Made by a program: the position numbers and the translations under genes. A stretch of 42,083 bases of DNA from Candidatus Hydrogenedentota bacterium (GTDB taxonomy: Bacteria > Hydrogenedentota > Hydrogenedentia > Hydrogenedentales > CAITNO01). The stretch is from contig SLFT01000310.1 in NCBI GenBank assembly GCA_007124105.1, positions 1-42,083 on the forward strand, read 5' to 3'. Below, in pieces: positions 18,485-26,614 of this stretch. Position 1 is the stretch's first letter, and each line of letters starts with the position of its first letter. A model generated the notes under the pieces. It was not told where the DNA came from. It did not search any database and worked only from the letters and a program-made list of their open reading frames with translations.

Positions 18485-19132
18485 ATGAACGAGGATAAAC
18501 CAGACGTGCATACAAATAACGACGCAGAATCCCGTCTGCTGGAAAGCGCCCTGACCCTTTTCTCAGAACGCGGATACGAAGGCACAAGCATTCGTGAAAT
18601 CATTGAAGGGGCCAATGTTACAAGACCTGTTCTTTATTATTATTTTACAAATAAAGAGGATTTGTTCCGAAGACTCCTCGAGCCCGCCCTCGCCGAATAC
18701 ACGCGCAGCCTCCAGGAGATTCGCGAGAGCTACGCCGAAGTGGTCGGACGCTTGAAAGCGATTGTACGTGAAACGTTCCGTTTCACCGAAAAGAACCCGA
18801 AGGGTGTCCGCCTGATCTTGCAGCTATACTTTTCACCTCCCAAAGGCGGCCCCAAGCTGGACAAGTCCATCTATCGTCTGCGGCGATTCCGATTGCTCGA
18901 AGAGATCATGCAGGAGGGACTTGATTCCGGCGAGCTGGCCGGCGGCGACGCGCAGAGCCTGGCGCTTATCTTGATTGGCATGATGGACGCCTATATCATG
19001 GCAAAATCTTATCTGCCCGAAACACACCTCTCGCCGGAACTGGCCGAGGGGCTGGTTGATCTGTTTTACTATGGCGCCTGTTATAAAGAGAACCCGCCCA
19101 CCATCCTGCAAAGCCCCTTCAAATACGTCTAG
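18485..19132 (+). CDS. TetR/AcrR family transcriptional regulator
   Basis: 215 aa. N-terminal HTH LLESALTLFSERGYEGTSIREIIEGANVTRPVLYYYFTNKEDLF. Confidence 0.9.
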   Translation: MNEDKPDVHTNNDAESRLLESALTLFSERGYEGTSIREIIEGANVTRPVLYYYFTNKEDLFRRLLEPALAEYTRSLQEIRESYAEVVGRLKAIVRETFRFTEKNPKGVRLILQLYFSPPKGGPKLDKSIYRLRRFRLLEEIMQEGLDSGELAGGDAQSLALILIGMMDAYIMAKSYLPETHLSPELAEGLVDLFYYGACYKENPPTILQSPFKYV

Positions 19133-19183
19133 CCCGCATATTTCACGCCGGTTTGTGGTGGGTTGCGCTTCGCTGTACCCACC
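19130..19183 (+). repeat. degenerate copy of the dispersed motif (TAGCCCGCATATTTCACGCCGG) followed by REP-like hairpin GGTGGGT-N13-ACCCACC
   Basis: Aligns to 23486-23506 (TAGCCCGGATATTTCACCAGG) with 2-3 differences. Hairpin arms at 19157-19163 and 19177-19183, with loop ..GCGCTTCGCTGT. Confidence 0.6.
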
Positions 19184-19319
19184 CTACCGAGGGTTCTGTG
19201 AACCTGCACGACTTCAATAGTGTGCCGTGCCGCAAGTACAGTGTCCATGAATAACTTGAACTGCAACGCCAAAACTGGTACTTTGACAGTTCCTTAACGC
19301 GGATATTGGAGAAAGGGTA

Positions 19320-20912
19320 ATGGCAAACGTTCGCGCACTGGACATAATCGTACTGGTCGTTTATTTCGGGGGCATCTCCGTCGCCGGGATATGGTTCGCG
19401 CGACGCACCAGAAGCACGGAGGATTATTTCCTGGGCGGACGCAATTTCCCGGGCTGGGCCATTGGTCTGTCCATGGTCGGTACGTCCATCAGTTCGCTCA
19501 CGTTCCTGGCCTATCCCGGCGACGCCTACAGAACCACCTGGTTCCGCATGTTGCCGAATTTCACCATGCCCATCGCCATTTTCATCGCTTCTATATGGTT
19601 CCTCCCCTTTTTCCGACGCGGCAACCTTACCTCCGCCTACGAATATCTCGAGGGGCGCTTCGGCCCGGGAACACGGGTGTATGCCTCGTGCATCGCTATT
19701 GTGGGAATGGTGTTTCGAACCGGCGGCATTCTCTTTCTGCTGTCGTTGCTGCTCCATGAACTCACCGGCTGGAACGTGAGCGTCTGCATCATCCTGGGCG
19801 GCGTCTTTGTATCCTTTTACACCGTCGTCGGCGGGATAGAGGCAGTGGTCTGGACCGACGTGGTACAGACCATCGTGCTGTTGGTGGGCGGATTCGCATG
19901 CCTGGCGGTTATCGTATATGCGCTGCCGGGCGGGTTGCGCCAGATATTCGAGGTCGCCATCGAGGACGGCAAGTTCATGTTCGCCGATGCCGACGTGAAC
20001 CCCGACGGTTCCCTGGATTTCATGGATACCGACTGGGGCGTTTCTTTCATGCGACGTACCGCCACCATGATGTTGTTCCTGGGACTCACAAACTGGCTCA
20101 CCGAATACAGCACCAACCAGAATGTCATCCAACGTTATTGCGCCTCGAGATCGCCCCGCGAAGCGCGCAAGGCCATGTGGTTGTGCTGCTGTTTCAGCGT
20201 ACCCATCTGGGGATACTTCATGTTTCTGGGCACGTCATTCTATGTGTTCTTCAAGGTGAACGCGGACGAAAACGCTTTCGCCATTCTCACTGGTCTGGAC
20301 GGCGCATCGGCGGAACAGATTCTCCCTTATTTCGTGCTGCAATACCTGCCCGTGGGCGTGTCAGGACTGGTGGTCGCCGCCGTGCTCGCCGCGTCCATGT
20401 CGTCCCTGGACTCCAGCATCAACGCCACCGCTACCATCACCGTGGTGGATATCTACAGAAGGCATCTGGCCAAAAATAAAAGCGACGCCCACTATCTGCG
20501 TGTGGCCCGCTATATCGCTGTTGCCGCGTCCGTACTGATGATTGCCGTTGCGCTCTGGTTCAATACCATTGAACTGAGAACCTACCAGGACATGGGCATC
20601 ATCATGGCCGCGCTCATGAGCGGCGGTCTGTTCGGATTGTTCATGCTCGGCTTCCTCACCACCTGGGGCGACGGACGGGCCGCGTTTTTTGGCATTATCG
20701 CCACATTGGCCTATACGCTTTGGATGCTTGCGAAACGCTTTGAAGTGCTGCCGCCGGGAACCTTCCCTGACACCGACCCCTACTACACTGGCATCATCGC
20801 CAACATGCTGTTTTTCGTCACGGGCTTCTTCGTCGGCGGACTGCTTCCGAAAAAGAAACGGGACCTCACAAATCTCACTGTGTGGACGCAGGATGGTACG
20901 CCGCTGGAATAA
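19320..20912 (+). CDS. sodium:solute symporter (SSF) family transporter
   Basis: 530 aa, polytopic. EDYFLGGRNFPGWAIGLSMVGTSISS.. N-terminal SSF signature. RBS GGAGAAAGGG. Confidence 0.9.
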   Translation: MANVRALDIIVLVVYFGGISVAGIWFARRTRSTEDYFLGGRNFPGWAIGLSMVGTSISSLTFLAYPGDAYRTTWFRMLPNFTMPIAIFIASIWFLPFFRRGNLTSAYEYLEGRFGPGTRVYASCIAIVGMVFRTGGILFLLSLLLHELTGWNVSVCIILGGVFVSFYTVVGGIEAVVWTDVVQTIVLLVGGFACLAVIVYALPGGLRQIFEVAIEDGKFMFADADVNPDGSLDFMDTDWGVSFMRRTATMMLFLGLTNWLTEYSTNQNVIQRYCASRSPREARKAMWLCCCFSVPIWGYFMFLGTSFYVFFKVNADENAFAILTGLDGASAEQILPYFVLQYLPVGVSGLVVAAVLAASMSSLDSSINATATITVVDIYRRHLAKNKSDAHYLRVARYIAVAASVLMIAVALWFNTIELRTYQDMGIIMAALMSGGLFGLFMLGFLTTWGDGRAAFFGIIATLAYTLWMLAKRFEVLPPGTFPDTDPYYTGIIANMLFFVTGFFVGGLLPKKKRDLTNLTVWTQDGTPLE

Positions 20913-20930
20913 TGCGCGCAGGAACACCTC

Positions 20931-21302
20931 ATGAATACTGAACAGAACGATCCGAACAAAACCTATGCCATCAGCGAAGCAAGCGAGATGACCGGGACAA
21001 CGCCCCATCTGCTCCGCCAATGGGAAGAACGCTTTTCACAATTGCGGCCCCGGCGATCAAGAACCGGACAACGCATGTACAGCCCCGGCGACATTGACAT
21101 CATCCGTCGTATTAAAACGCTGCTGCAACATGAAGGCATGACTTCGCGCGGCGCGCGTACACAGCTCTCGCGCGAACTGCATGAATTGGGCCGCCCCAAA
21201 AATACCCACGAAATCCTGGACGCCCTCGACAAAATCGCCGACGAAGCGAGAGCCATCATCAGCCTCTTCGACCCGGACCAGGAAGGCCAACCTGACCCCT
21301 GA
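20931..21302 (+). CDS. MerR family transcriptional regulator
   Basis: 123 aa. YAISEASEMTGTTPHLLRQWEERF..R..TGQRMYSPGDIDIIRRIKTLL. Starts 18 nt after the SSF gene. Confidence 0.85.
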   Translation: MNTEQNDPNKTYAISEASEMTGTTPHLLRQWEERFSQLRPRRSRTGQRMYSPGDIDIIRRIKTLLQHEGMTSRGARTQLSRELHELGRPKNTHEILDALDKIADEARAIISLFDPDQEGQPDP

Positions 21303-21319
21303 TCGCTGCCTCCGGTATC

Positions 21320-23353
21320 CTACCCAACCTCACGAATCCAAAAGTAACGCACCAGCAACAGACCCAGCACCGGCGCCAACAGCCGCAGCAGTATCTCGCC
21401 ATACCGAAACAATGTGGCGGCAGGTTCATGGGTTGGACGCCGGATAAGCCCCCAAAAAATATACGAGTCCGATTCGTCTTCACCCTCGTCTTCTTGCTCG
21501 CCCTCCCAAAGCGCGTCCTCGCCTTCCATCGGCTCCCCTTCTGCCGGGGGGGCGTCTTCGCCTTCTCGTTCGGGTTCGCCCTCGGCATCAACCGGGGGCA
21601 GTTCATTCTCGCCGGACAACCACGGCGCGATAATCGGATACGCCACATCGAAACGGCCGTAATAATCGGGCTCGTCCATGTTGCGGCACGATGCATAACC
21701 GCCGTATAACTGGCCGATCACCTGCATCTCACCTTCCAAAAACAATGGGCTGCCCGACGAGCCGCCCTCCGTCGAGCCCTCGAGCCATAACACTTCATGG
21801 AAATGCGTGGCGGGGGCAAGCGGCGCGCCGCCAAGGCGCGGACTGCCCGTGTCGGACAGGTAACCGAAGGAGATGCGTTTTTCCGTGCCTTGCGGATGAT
21901 GGATACAAACCGCCGGCGCCGATACCGTTGTCGCCCGCGTTGTATAGCCCAGGTAGGTCAATGTCGCCGGCGGGGGCTCGTTCAACAGCAGCAGTGAAAA
22001 GTCCGTGCCGTAGTTTGCGTCGCTGCCCGCAAGGTATACCGCCCCGTTTGCGGAACGCGGCAGCGAGGCCATGTCCGGAATCTCCCCCTCGCCGCATCCG
22101 GCGCGTTCGTACAACCACCATACCTCGAGGGTATGCGCCAGCGCCTGGCTGCTGATGCAGTGGTTCGCCGTCAATAAAAGCGGCGGCGGGTTCTCGCCAT
22201 ACCCGGGCGCGGCAAGCAACGCGCCCGTACACGCCCACGCGTCATACGTTACCAGGCCAAGACGCCCCACCGCCAACCCGTGCTCGGCCCATTCAGGATA
22301 ACAGGCCATATCCAAATGACAAGCGCCTGCCGTCTTCTCCAGCAATACAGGGGAACGGTACACATGGATCAACCGGCTTACTGACGCCGAAACCGCCTCC
22401 AGCTGCGTCGCGTTGTCCCCTGACAGGAAAATGCCCACCCCGTCGCCCGCAATGGTGGGTGTCCACACATTTGTACCGCCGGGTATGGGCCCGAAAAAGG
22501 CCGTCGGCTCATCCGGGTTATACACATACGCCGCCACGCCAGCGGGCAACTGTAACACGTCAAAACAAAGGCGCACCCCCAGCGCGTCAACCGACCGCGC
22601 CTGCAACTCCCAGCGCCAACCGCCGTCGCGTTCCACGCGAAGCGCGCCGGTATTGCAAAAGCCGTCCGACAATGTCAGCGGATACGACAAATAACGGTTC
22701 ACGCCGTAGCGCATCAACGAATCGGACACTGTCTCGTCGCGCCAGGCGTCTTCTTCTAACAACACTTCGTGGTCCAGGGGATCGAGCGTGTGCAGCGGCG
22801 GCGCGGCTATCGGCGTGAAAGGAAGTACGCCCGCGTCTTTACCGCGCGCGTCCGGAAAAGCGACAATCGCGGCGGGTACGTCCGCCTCTGCGGCATCCCA
22901 GTCCTTGACGCCAAGGCCAAGCGACGTCAAAGCCGCCGACGACAACAACGCACCCGCACTGTCAAAATACACGTCCACGGGCGCTGTGCCGTCCAGCGGC
23001 GCAAGACGACACCCCCATACATACCCTTCCGCAGTTCCGGTCGCGCGCTCCTGCCACACAAAGGCCACATCATGGCCCGCGCCCAAGCCGTACCCGTCAA
23101 GCCACGTCCACAAAGACATCGGTTCCAAGGTCGCGTAAGACGTAAGGGATAAACAAACAACAATAAGACACGCCGCCGTTCCCGCACGGAAACGATCCGC
23201 GAACCGGTGTTGCGTTGTACACGCAACATCGCAGCCGTTCTCCTTGAAGCGGCTGGAATCTGCTTCTGCGTTGCCGCCAAAATGCATACGAACGTCCTGG
23301 CGCCGCTCATACGAGACAGGCAATACGCCGCCAATGTCAAAGAATCTTTTCAT
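21320..23353 (-). CDS. S1-family serine endopeptidase (lysyl-endopeptidase-like) with large N-terminal domain, acidic linker and C-terminal hydrophobic anchor
   Basis: 677 aa. Catalytic-triad contexts LLLTANHC (His) and EGGSSGSPLF (Ser), plus CIHHPQGTEKRISF typical of the lysyl endopeptidase branch. N-terminal signal-anchor AACLIVVCLSLTSYA. The exact start is uncertain. Confidence 0.75.
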   Translation of the reverse strand: MKRFFDIGGVLPVSYERRQDVRMHFGGNAEADSSRFKENGCDVACTTQHRFADRFRAGTAACLIVVCLSLTSYATLEPMSLWTWLDGYGLGAGHDVAFVWQERATGTAEGYVWGCRLAPLDGTAPVDVYFDSAGALLSSAALTSLGLGVKDWDAAEADVPAAIVAFPDARGKDAGVLPFTPIAAPPLHTLDPLDHEVLLEEDAWRDETVSDSLMRYGVNRYLSYPLTLSDGFCNTGALRVERDGGWRWELQARSVDALGVRLCFDVLQLPAGVAAYVYNPDEPTAFFGPIPGGTNVWTPTIAGDGVGIFLSGDNATQLEAVSASVSRLIHVYRSPVLLEKTAGACHLDMACYPEWAEHGLAVGRLGLVTYDAWACTGALLAAPGYGENPPPLLLTANHCISSQALAHTLEVWWLYERAGCGEGEIPDMASLPRSANGAVYLAGSDANYGTDFSLLLLNEPPPATLTYLGYTTRATTVSAPAVCIHHPQGTEKRISFGYLSDTGSPRLGGAPLAPATHFHEVLWLEGSTEGGSSGSPLFLEGEMQVIGQLYGGYASCRNMDEPDYYGRFDVAYPIIAPWLSGENELPPVDAEGEPEREGEDAPPAEGEPMEGEDALWEGEQEDEGEDESDSYIFWGLIRRPTHEPAATLFRYGEILLRLLAPVLGLLLVRYFWIREVG

Positions 23354-23485
23354 AACACATTCCTGGTTGAGAGGGACGCCGGCATTGTAGCAGCTTTCCG
23401 CTGGAAACCTATATCAACATACAGACACAATGCCGTCTCAGCAATGAGTTGCAACTATACGAAGAGGTACATACCTGCCAGCCTC

Positions 23486-23541
23486 TAGCCCGGATATTTC
23501 ACCAGGCTCACAATGAAACCTGGTGAAATATCCGAGTTAAG
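23486..23541. repeat. two inverted copies of the dispersed motif forming a perfect 16-bp inverted repeat (CGGATATTTCACCAGG / CCTGGTGAAATATCCG) with 12-nt loop
   Basis: Arms at 23491-23506 and 23519-23534, read directly. Flanks extend the similarity to copy 1 (CTTAAC..). Located at the left edge of the AT-richer accessory stretch. Confidence 0.85.
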
Positions 23542-23810
23542 GTAGCGGCATTCGATACTGTCACCGGAACTCATGGCAGTATACACTTATTTTAGGAACC
23601 CTGTCATTACAGTAAGGTAATACTCAAAGTTGATATAACATGTCCATAATCGGCAGAATGTACTCACTACAGCGACCGGAACCAGAATAACGCATCTATC
23701 GAGCACAGGCGACAGATTCGTGAAGCGCATTAAAACGATGACACATAGTATCGAAGTAAAACGCGAATGAACGTTTGTTTAACAATACCACGTGAAAGGG
23801 GCGCAGCATC

Positions 23811-23942
23811 GTGAATGTGGACCAGATGAAAGCGGGCGTGGTGGTTTCCGGCCCGATACTTCCCGAGCCGGTGCGCATTCTCGCCGTGGAGTCCATCGGC
23901 GCGGCAGTCAAACTGACCGGCCAGGGGGCAACGCGAAGTTGA
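23811..23942 (+). pseudogene. possible 5' stub (43 codons) of a defence-type helicase gene
   Basis: GTG start with AAAGGGG upstream. MNVDQMKAGVVVSGPILPEPVRILAVESIGAAVKLTGQGATRS* recalls, from memory only, the N-terminal barrel of SNF2/DEAD helicases encoded next to DUF1156 methylases. It stops after 43 codons. Confidence 0.25.
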
Positions 23943-23982
23943 AGGATAATCTTCCGACCCGGGCGAATCCGGAGAAAAGCCC

Positions 23983-24273
23983 ATGATCACAAAAGAATAC
24001 CTGATGGCGCACAGGAAAGAAATCCTGGAGATCGCTCGACGCCATGGCGCACAGGATGTGCGCATTTTCGGGTCCGTGGCGCGCGGCGACCAACAGCAGT
24101 ATTCCGACCTGGACCTCATTGTGCGTTTTGAACCCGGGCGTTCCCTTTTCGACCACGGCAGTCTTCTGATGGACCTCCAGGAACTGCTGCAGATCAAGGT
24201 GGACATCATCAGTGAAAACGGGATGCGGCCGCGGTTTCGCGAACATGTCATGAAGGAGGCTGTGACCCTATGA
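23983..24273 (+). CDS. nucleotidyltransferase (MNT-type antitoxin of HepT/MNT system)
   Basis: 96 aa. GSVARGDQQQYSDLDLIV (GS-x10-DxD) motif. RBS GGAGA. The stop overlaps the HepT start (ATGA). Confidence 0.85.
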   Translation: MITKEYLMAHRKEILEIARRHGAQDVRIFGSVARGDQQQYSDLDLIVRFEPGRSLFDHGSLLMDLQELLQIKVDIISENGMRPRFREHVMKEAVTL

Positions 24274-24618
24274 GAACCGATGACCTGTTGCTGCAGGATA
24301 TGCTCGATGCCATCAAGGAAATACTGGAAAATACGCCTGAGAATCGAGACGCGTACAATGAAAGCAAGTTGCTGCGCTCGCATCTGGTGCGAAACATTCA
24401 AATTATTGGCGAAGCGGGTTCGCGCATCTCAAAAAATGTCAGGGATGCAAGCCCGTCCGTACCCTTGGCGCGCCATCATCGGCATGAGACATGTCGTGGT
24501 GCATGATTATTTTGAGATAGACTGGGATGCCGTGTATGAAACCGCCGTCAATGATGTGCCACCGTTGAAACCCTTGATTGAAGAGATAATTACTGGGACG
24601 CAAAACAAGCAATACTGA
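24270..24618 (+). pseudogene. HepT-like (DUF86) RNase toxin, interrupted by a 1-nt frameshift near 24465
   Basis: The N-terminal 65 codons are in the frame of 24270 (..IQIIGEAGSRISKNVRDASPSVP). The C-terminal part, with the catalytic R-x4-H-x-Y motif (WRAIIGMRHVVVHDY..), is in the next frame, ending at 24618. Removing one T from CCCTTGG (24462-24468) restores ..SPSVPWRAIIGMRH... Confidence 0.8.
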
Positions 24619-24626
24619 GGGAGGCC

Positions 24627-25334
24627 ATGCGACAATACCCCAAACGACTCATAGAAGTAGACCTGCCCATACGACGCATCTCGGAACATGCGCGGCGGGA
24701 AAAGGATATGCGACTTGGACACGTTCCAAGTCTACACATCTATCCCGCTGCACGCCCTCCAGCTGCATGTAGAGCAGTTATATGCGCTGCTCTCTGGCCG
24801 GACCCCGTGGATGAACTATGCCCACAGGCGTTTCGGGACACGGCGACCGCGGCCGTCAACGGATTCTCGACGGCCATACGCGATTCGGAACAGATACAAA
24901 AGATCATGGGCGAACAGGCAGGCAGTTTCATGGCATTAGAACGGCGGCCCGTGGATGCAACAAACCCCGACCACTGGAACACGCTGCGTTATCTGTTGCT
25001 GGATTTTATCTCCGCGTTCGCAGCATGGGAAGCGTCCACTGAACCCCATTTTCTGGAAACAGCGAGGAAACTGACCCAGGCGGCGCATGAGTCGCTCGGT
25101 GGAGCGCCAGACACAAAACCATTGGTGGTTGACCCCTTCGCGGGAGGGGGTTCCATACCCCTTGAGGCGTTGCGCATCGGCACGGACGCCTTCGCCAGCG
25201 ACCTCAATCCCGTCGCCGTGCTGCTCAACAAGGTGGTGTTGGAATACCGAAGGCTGGAACGTAGAACCTGCTTTAGTACCTCATCCCCTTTATCCCCTTT
25301 ATCAATGTTCAATAACGAACAATGGCAGAAGTGA
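24627..25334 (+). pseudogene. 5' fragment (~207 codons) of a DUF1156-type DNA methyltransferase (anti-phage-associated family)
   Basis: KRLIEVDLPIRRISEHARREK..GH..SLH and VVDPFAGGGSIPLEALRIGTDAFASDLNPVAVLLNKVVLE match the DUF1156 N-terminus and SAM motif I. Family members are roughly 900-1000 aa. Similarity ends near 25247 and the ORF stops 29 codons later. The family motif recalled as WWARRP reads YPAARPP here. Confidence 0.72.
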
Positions 25335-25337
25335 ACC

Positions 25338-26474
25338 ATGCGATTTGAAGAGTTTAAATCGGGCGCCTGGGAAGAACAATACCAGTACAAGAGTTTTTTA
25401 CCGGTGCCGGTGAATCGGGAGTGGATTTGGCAGGATCCCCGCATTAATGTCCTTCTGGAAGATGCCACCCGCGCGCTGGGAGAACTGAACGCTTACACGC
25501 GGATTGTTCCAGATGTTGACCTCTATATAAAAATGCATATCGCACTGGAGGCCAACACCTCCAGCGGAATAGAGGGCACTAATACAACCATTGATGAAGC
25601 GGTCATGGATGAGCGCTGCATATTGCCGGAGCATCGGGATGACTGGCGTGAAGTGCGCAATTATGTCAACGCCATGAATAATGCTTTAGAACGGCTCGCT
25701 ACGCTTCCCCTTTCCATGCGTCTGCTCCGTGATACCCATGAGATTTTGCTTAAGGGTACACGGGGAGAACACAAGTCGCCCGGAGAGTTTCGAAAAAGTC
25801 AAAACTGGATTGGCGGCGCATCTCTATCTGATGCGGCATTCATCCCTCCCCATCATACTGTAATTGACGATTTACTTTCAGACCTTGAAAAATTCTGGCA
25901 CAATGAGTCTATTCATGTTCCCCACTTAGTCCGTATTGCCATCAGTCATTATCAGTTTGAAACGATTCATCCCTTTCTGGATGGGAATGGCAGAATTGGC
26001 CGGCTTCTCATCCCCCTTTATCTTATCAGCAATAAACTGTTAGACAAGCCATCCCTTTATCTGTCCGACTATCTGTTCAAGAACAGGGGGATATACTATG
26101 ATTCGTTGACGCGCGTGCGTGAATCCAACGACATTGGACAATGGGTGCGTTTTTTTCTTACCGCCGTAGTAGAAACTGCCGGGAAGGGCAGGAACACTTT
26201 TGAGTCTATTCTTAAACTTCGACAAGAGATGGACCAGTTTGTGGTTTCGTTGGGACGCCGGGCAGAGGATGCCCGAAACCTGATGTTGTTGCTTTACAGT
26301 AAACCGGTTATAGATGTTCGCTCTGTACAGGAGGGACTCGAAATCTCTTACGAGCGGGCGAACCGGTTGATAGCCTCTTTTAGTGAAAATAACATTATTT
26401 CACAATTTCCTGATCGACAACGTGACCGCATATTTACATTTAGACGTTATTTAAGTTTATTTGGGGAAAAATAA
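25338..26474 (+). CDS. Fic family protein (class II, N-terminal inhibitory helix; C-terminal winged-helix-like region)
   Basis: 378 aa. Fic motif HPFLDGNGRIGR at 25968-26003. Inhibitory (S/T)xxxE(G/N) motif SSGIEG at 25560-25577. The gene is visibly more AT-rich than its neighbours. Confidence 0.92.
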   Translation: MRFEEFKSGAWEEQYQYKSFLPVPVNREWIWQDPRINVLLEDATRALGELNAYTRIVPDVDLYIKMHIALEANTSSGIEGTNTTIDEAVMDERCILPEHRDDWREVRNYVNAMNNALERLATLPLSMRLLRDTHEILLKGTRGEHKSPGEFRKSQNWIGGASLSDAAFIPPHHTVIDDLLSDLEKFWHNESIHVPHLVRIAISHYQFETIHPFLDGNGRIGRLLIPLYLISNKLLDKPSLYLSDYLFKNRGIYYDSLTRVRESNDIGQWVRFFLTAVVETAGKGRNTFESILKLRQEMDQFVVSLGRRAEDARNLMLLLYSKPVIDVRSVQEGLEISYERANRLIASFSENNIISQFPDRQRDRIFTFRRYLSLFGEK

Positions 26475-26614
26475 GGACATTTGTGGACATTTAATGACAG
26501 TTGCGGTCAAAAAACACAAATAAAAGGCATCTTATTGACGTTTACAGCCGTTAAACGCAAATAAGAAAATGCTGTTGACATAAAAGATGAACAAATCACG
26601 ATAGTTTTATTCCA

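Noticed and set aside
19143-20132. 329-aa minus-strand ORF opposite the first symporter gene
   Set aside because: Antisense to a clear SSF transporter. The composition is His/Gly/Asp/Glu-rich shadow-frame. Its 3' end is generated by the REP-like element at 19130-19183.
23730-24401. 223-aa minus-strand ORF spanning the MNT/HepT region
   Set aside because: Antisense to the MNT gene, whose GS-x10-DxD motif, RBS and ATGA coupling to HepT are convincing. No domain recognised in the antisense product.
25274-26023. 15-nt near-identity CTCATCCCCTTTATC (25274-25288) versus CTCATCCCCCTTTATC (26008-26023), and the tandem CCCCTTTAT x2 at the DUF1156/Fic junction
   Set aside because: A match of this length with one indel is expected by chance a few times among all position pairs in 42 kb. 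It is not enough to claim a duplication or a recombination scar.
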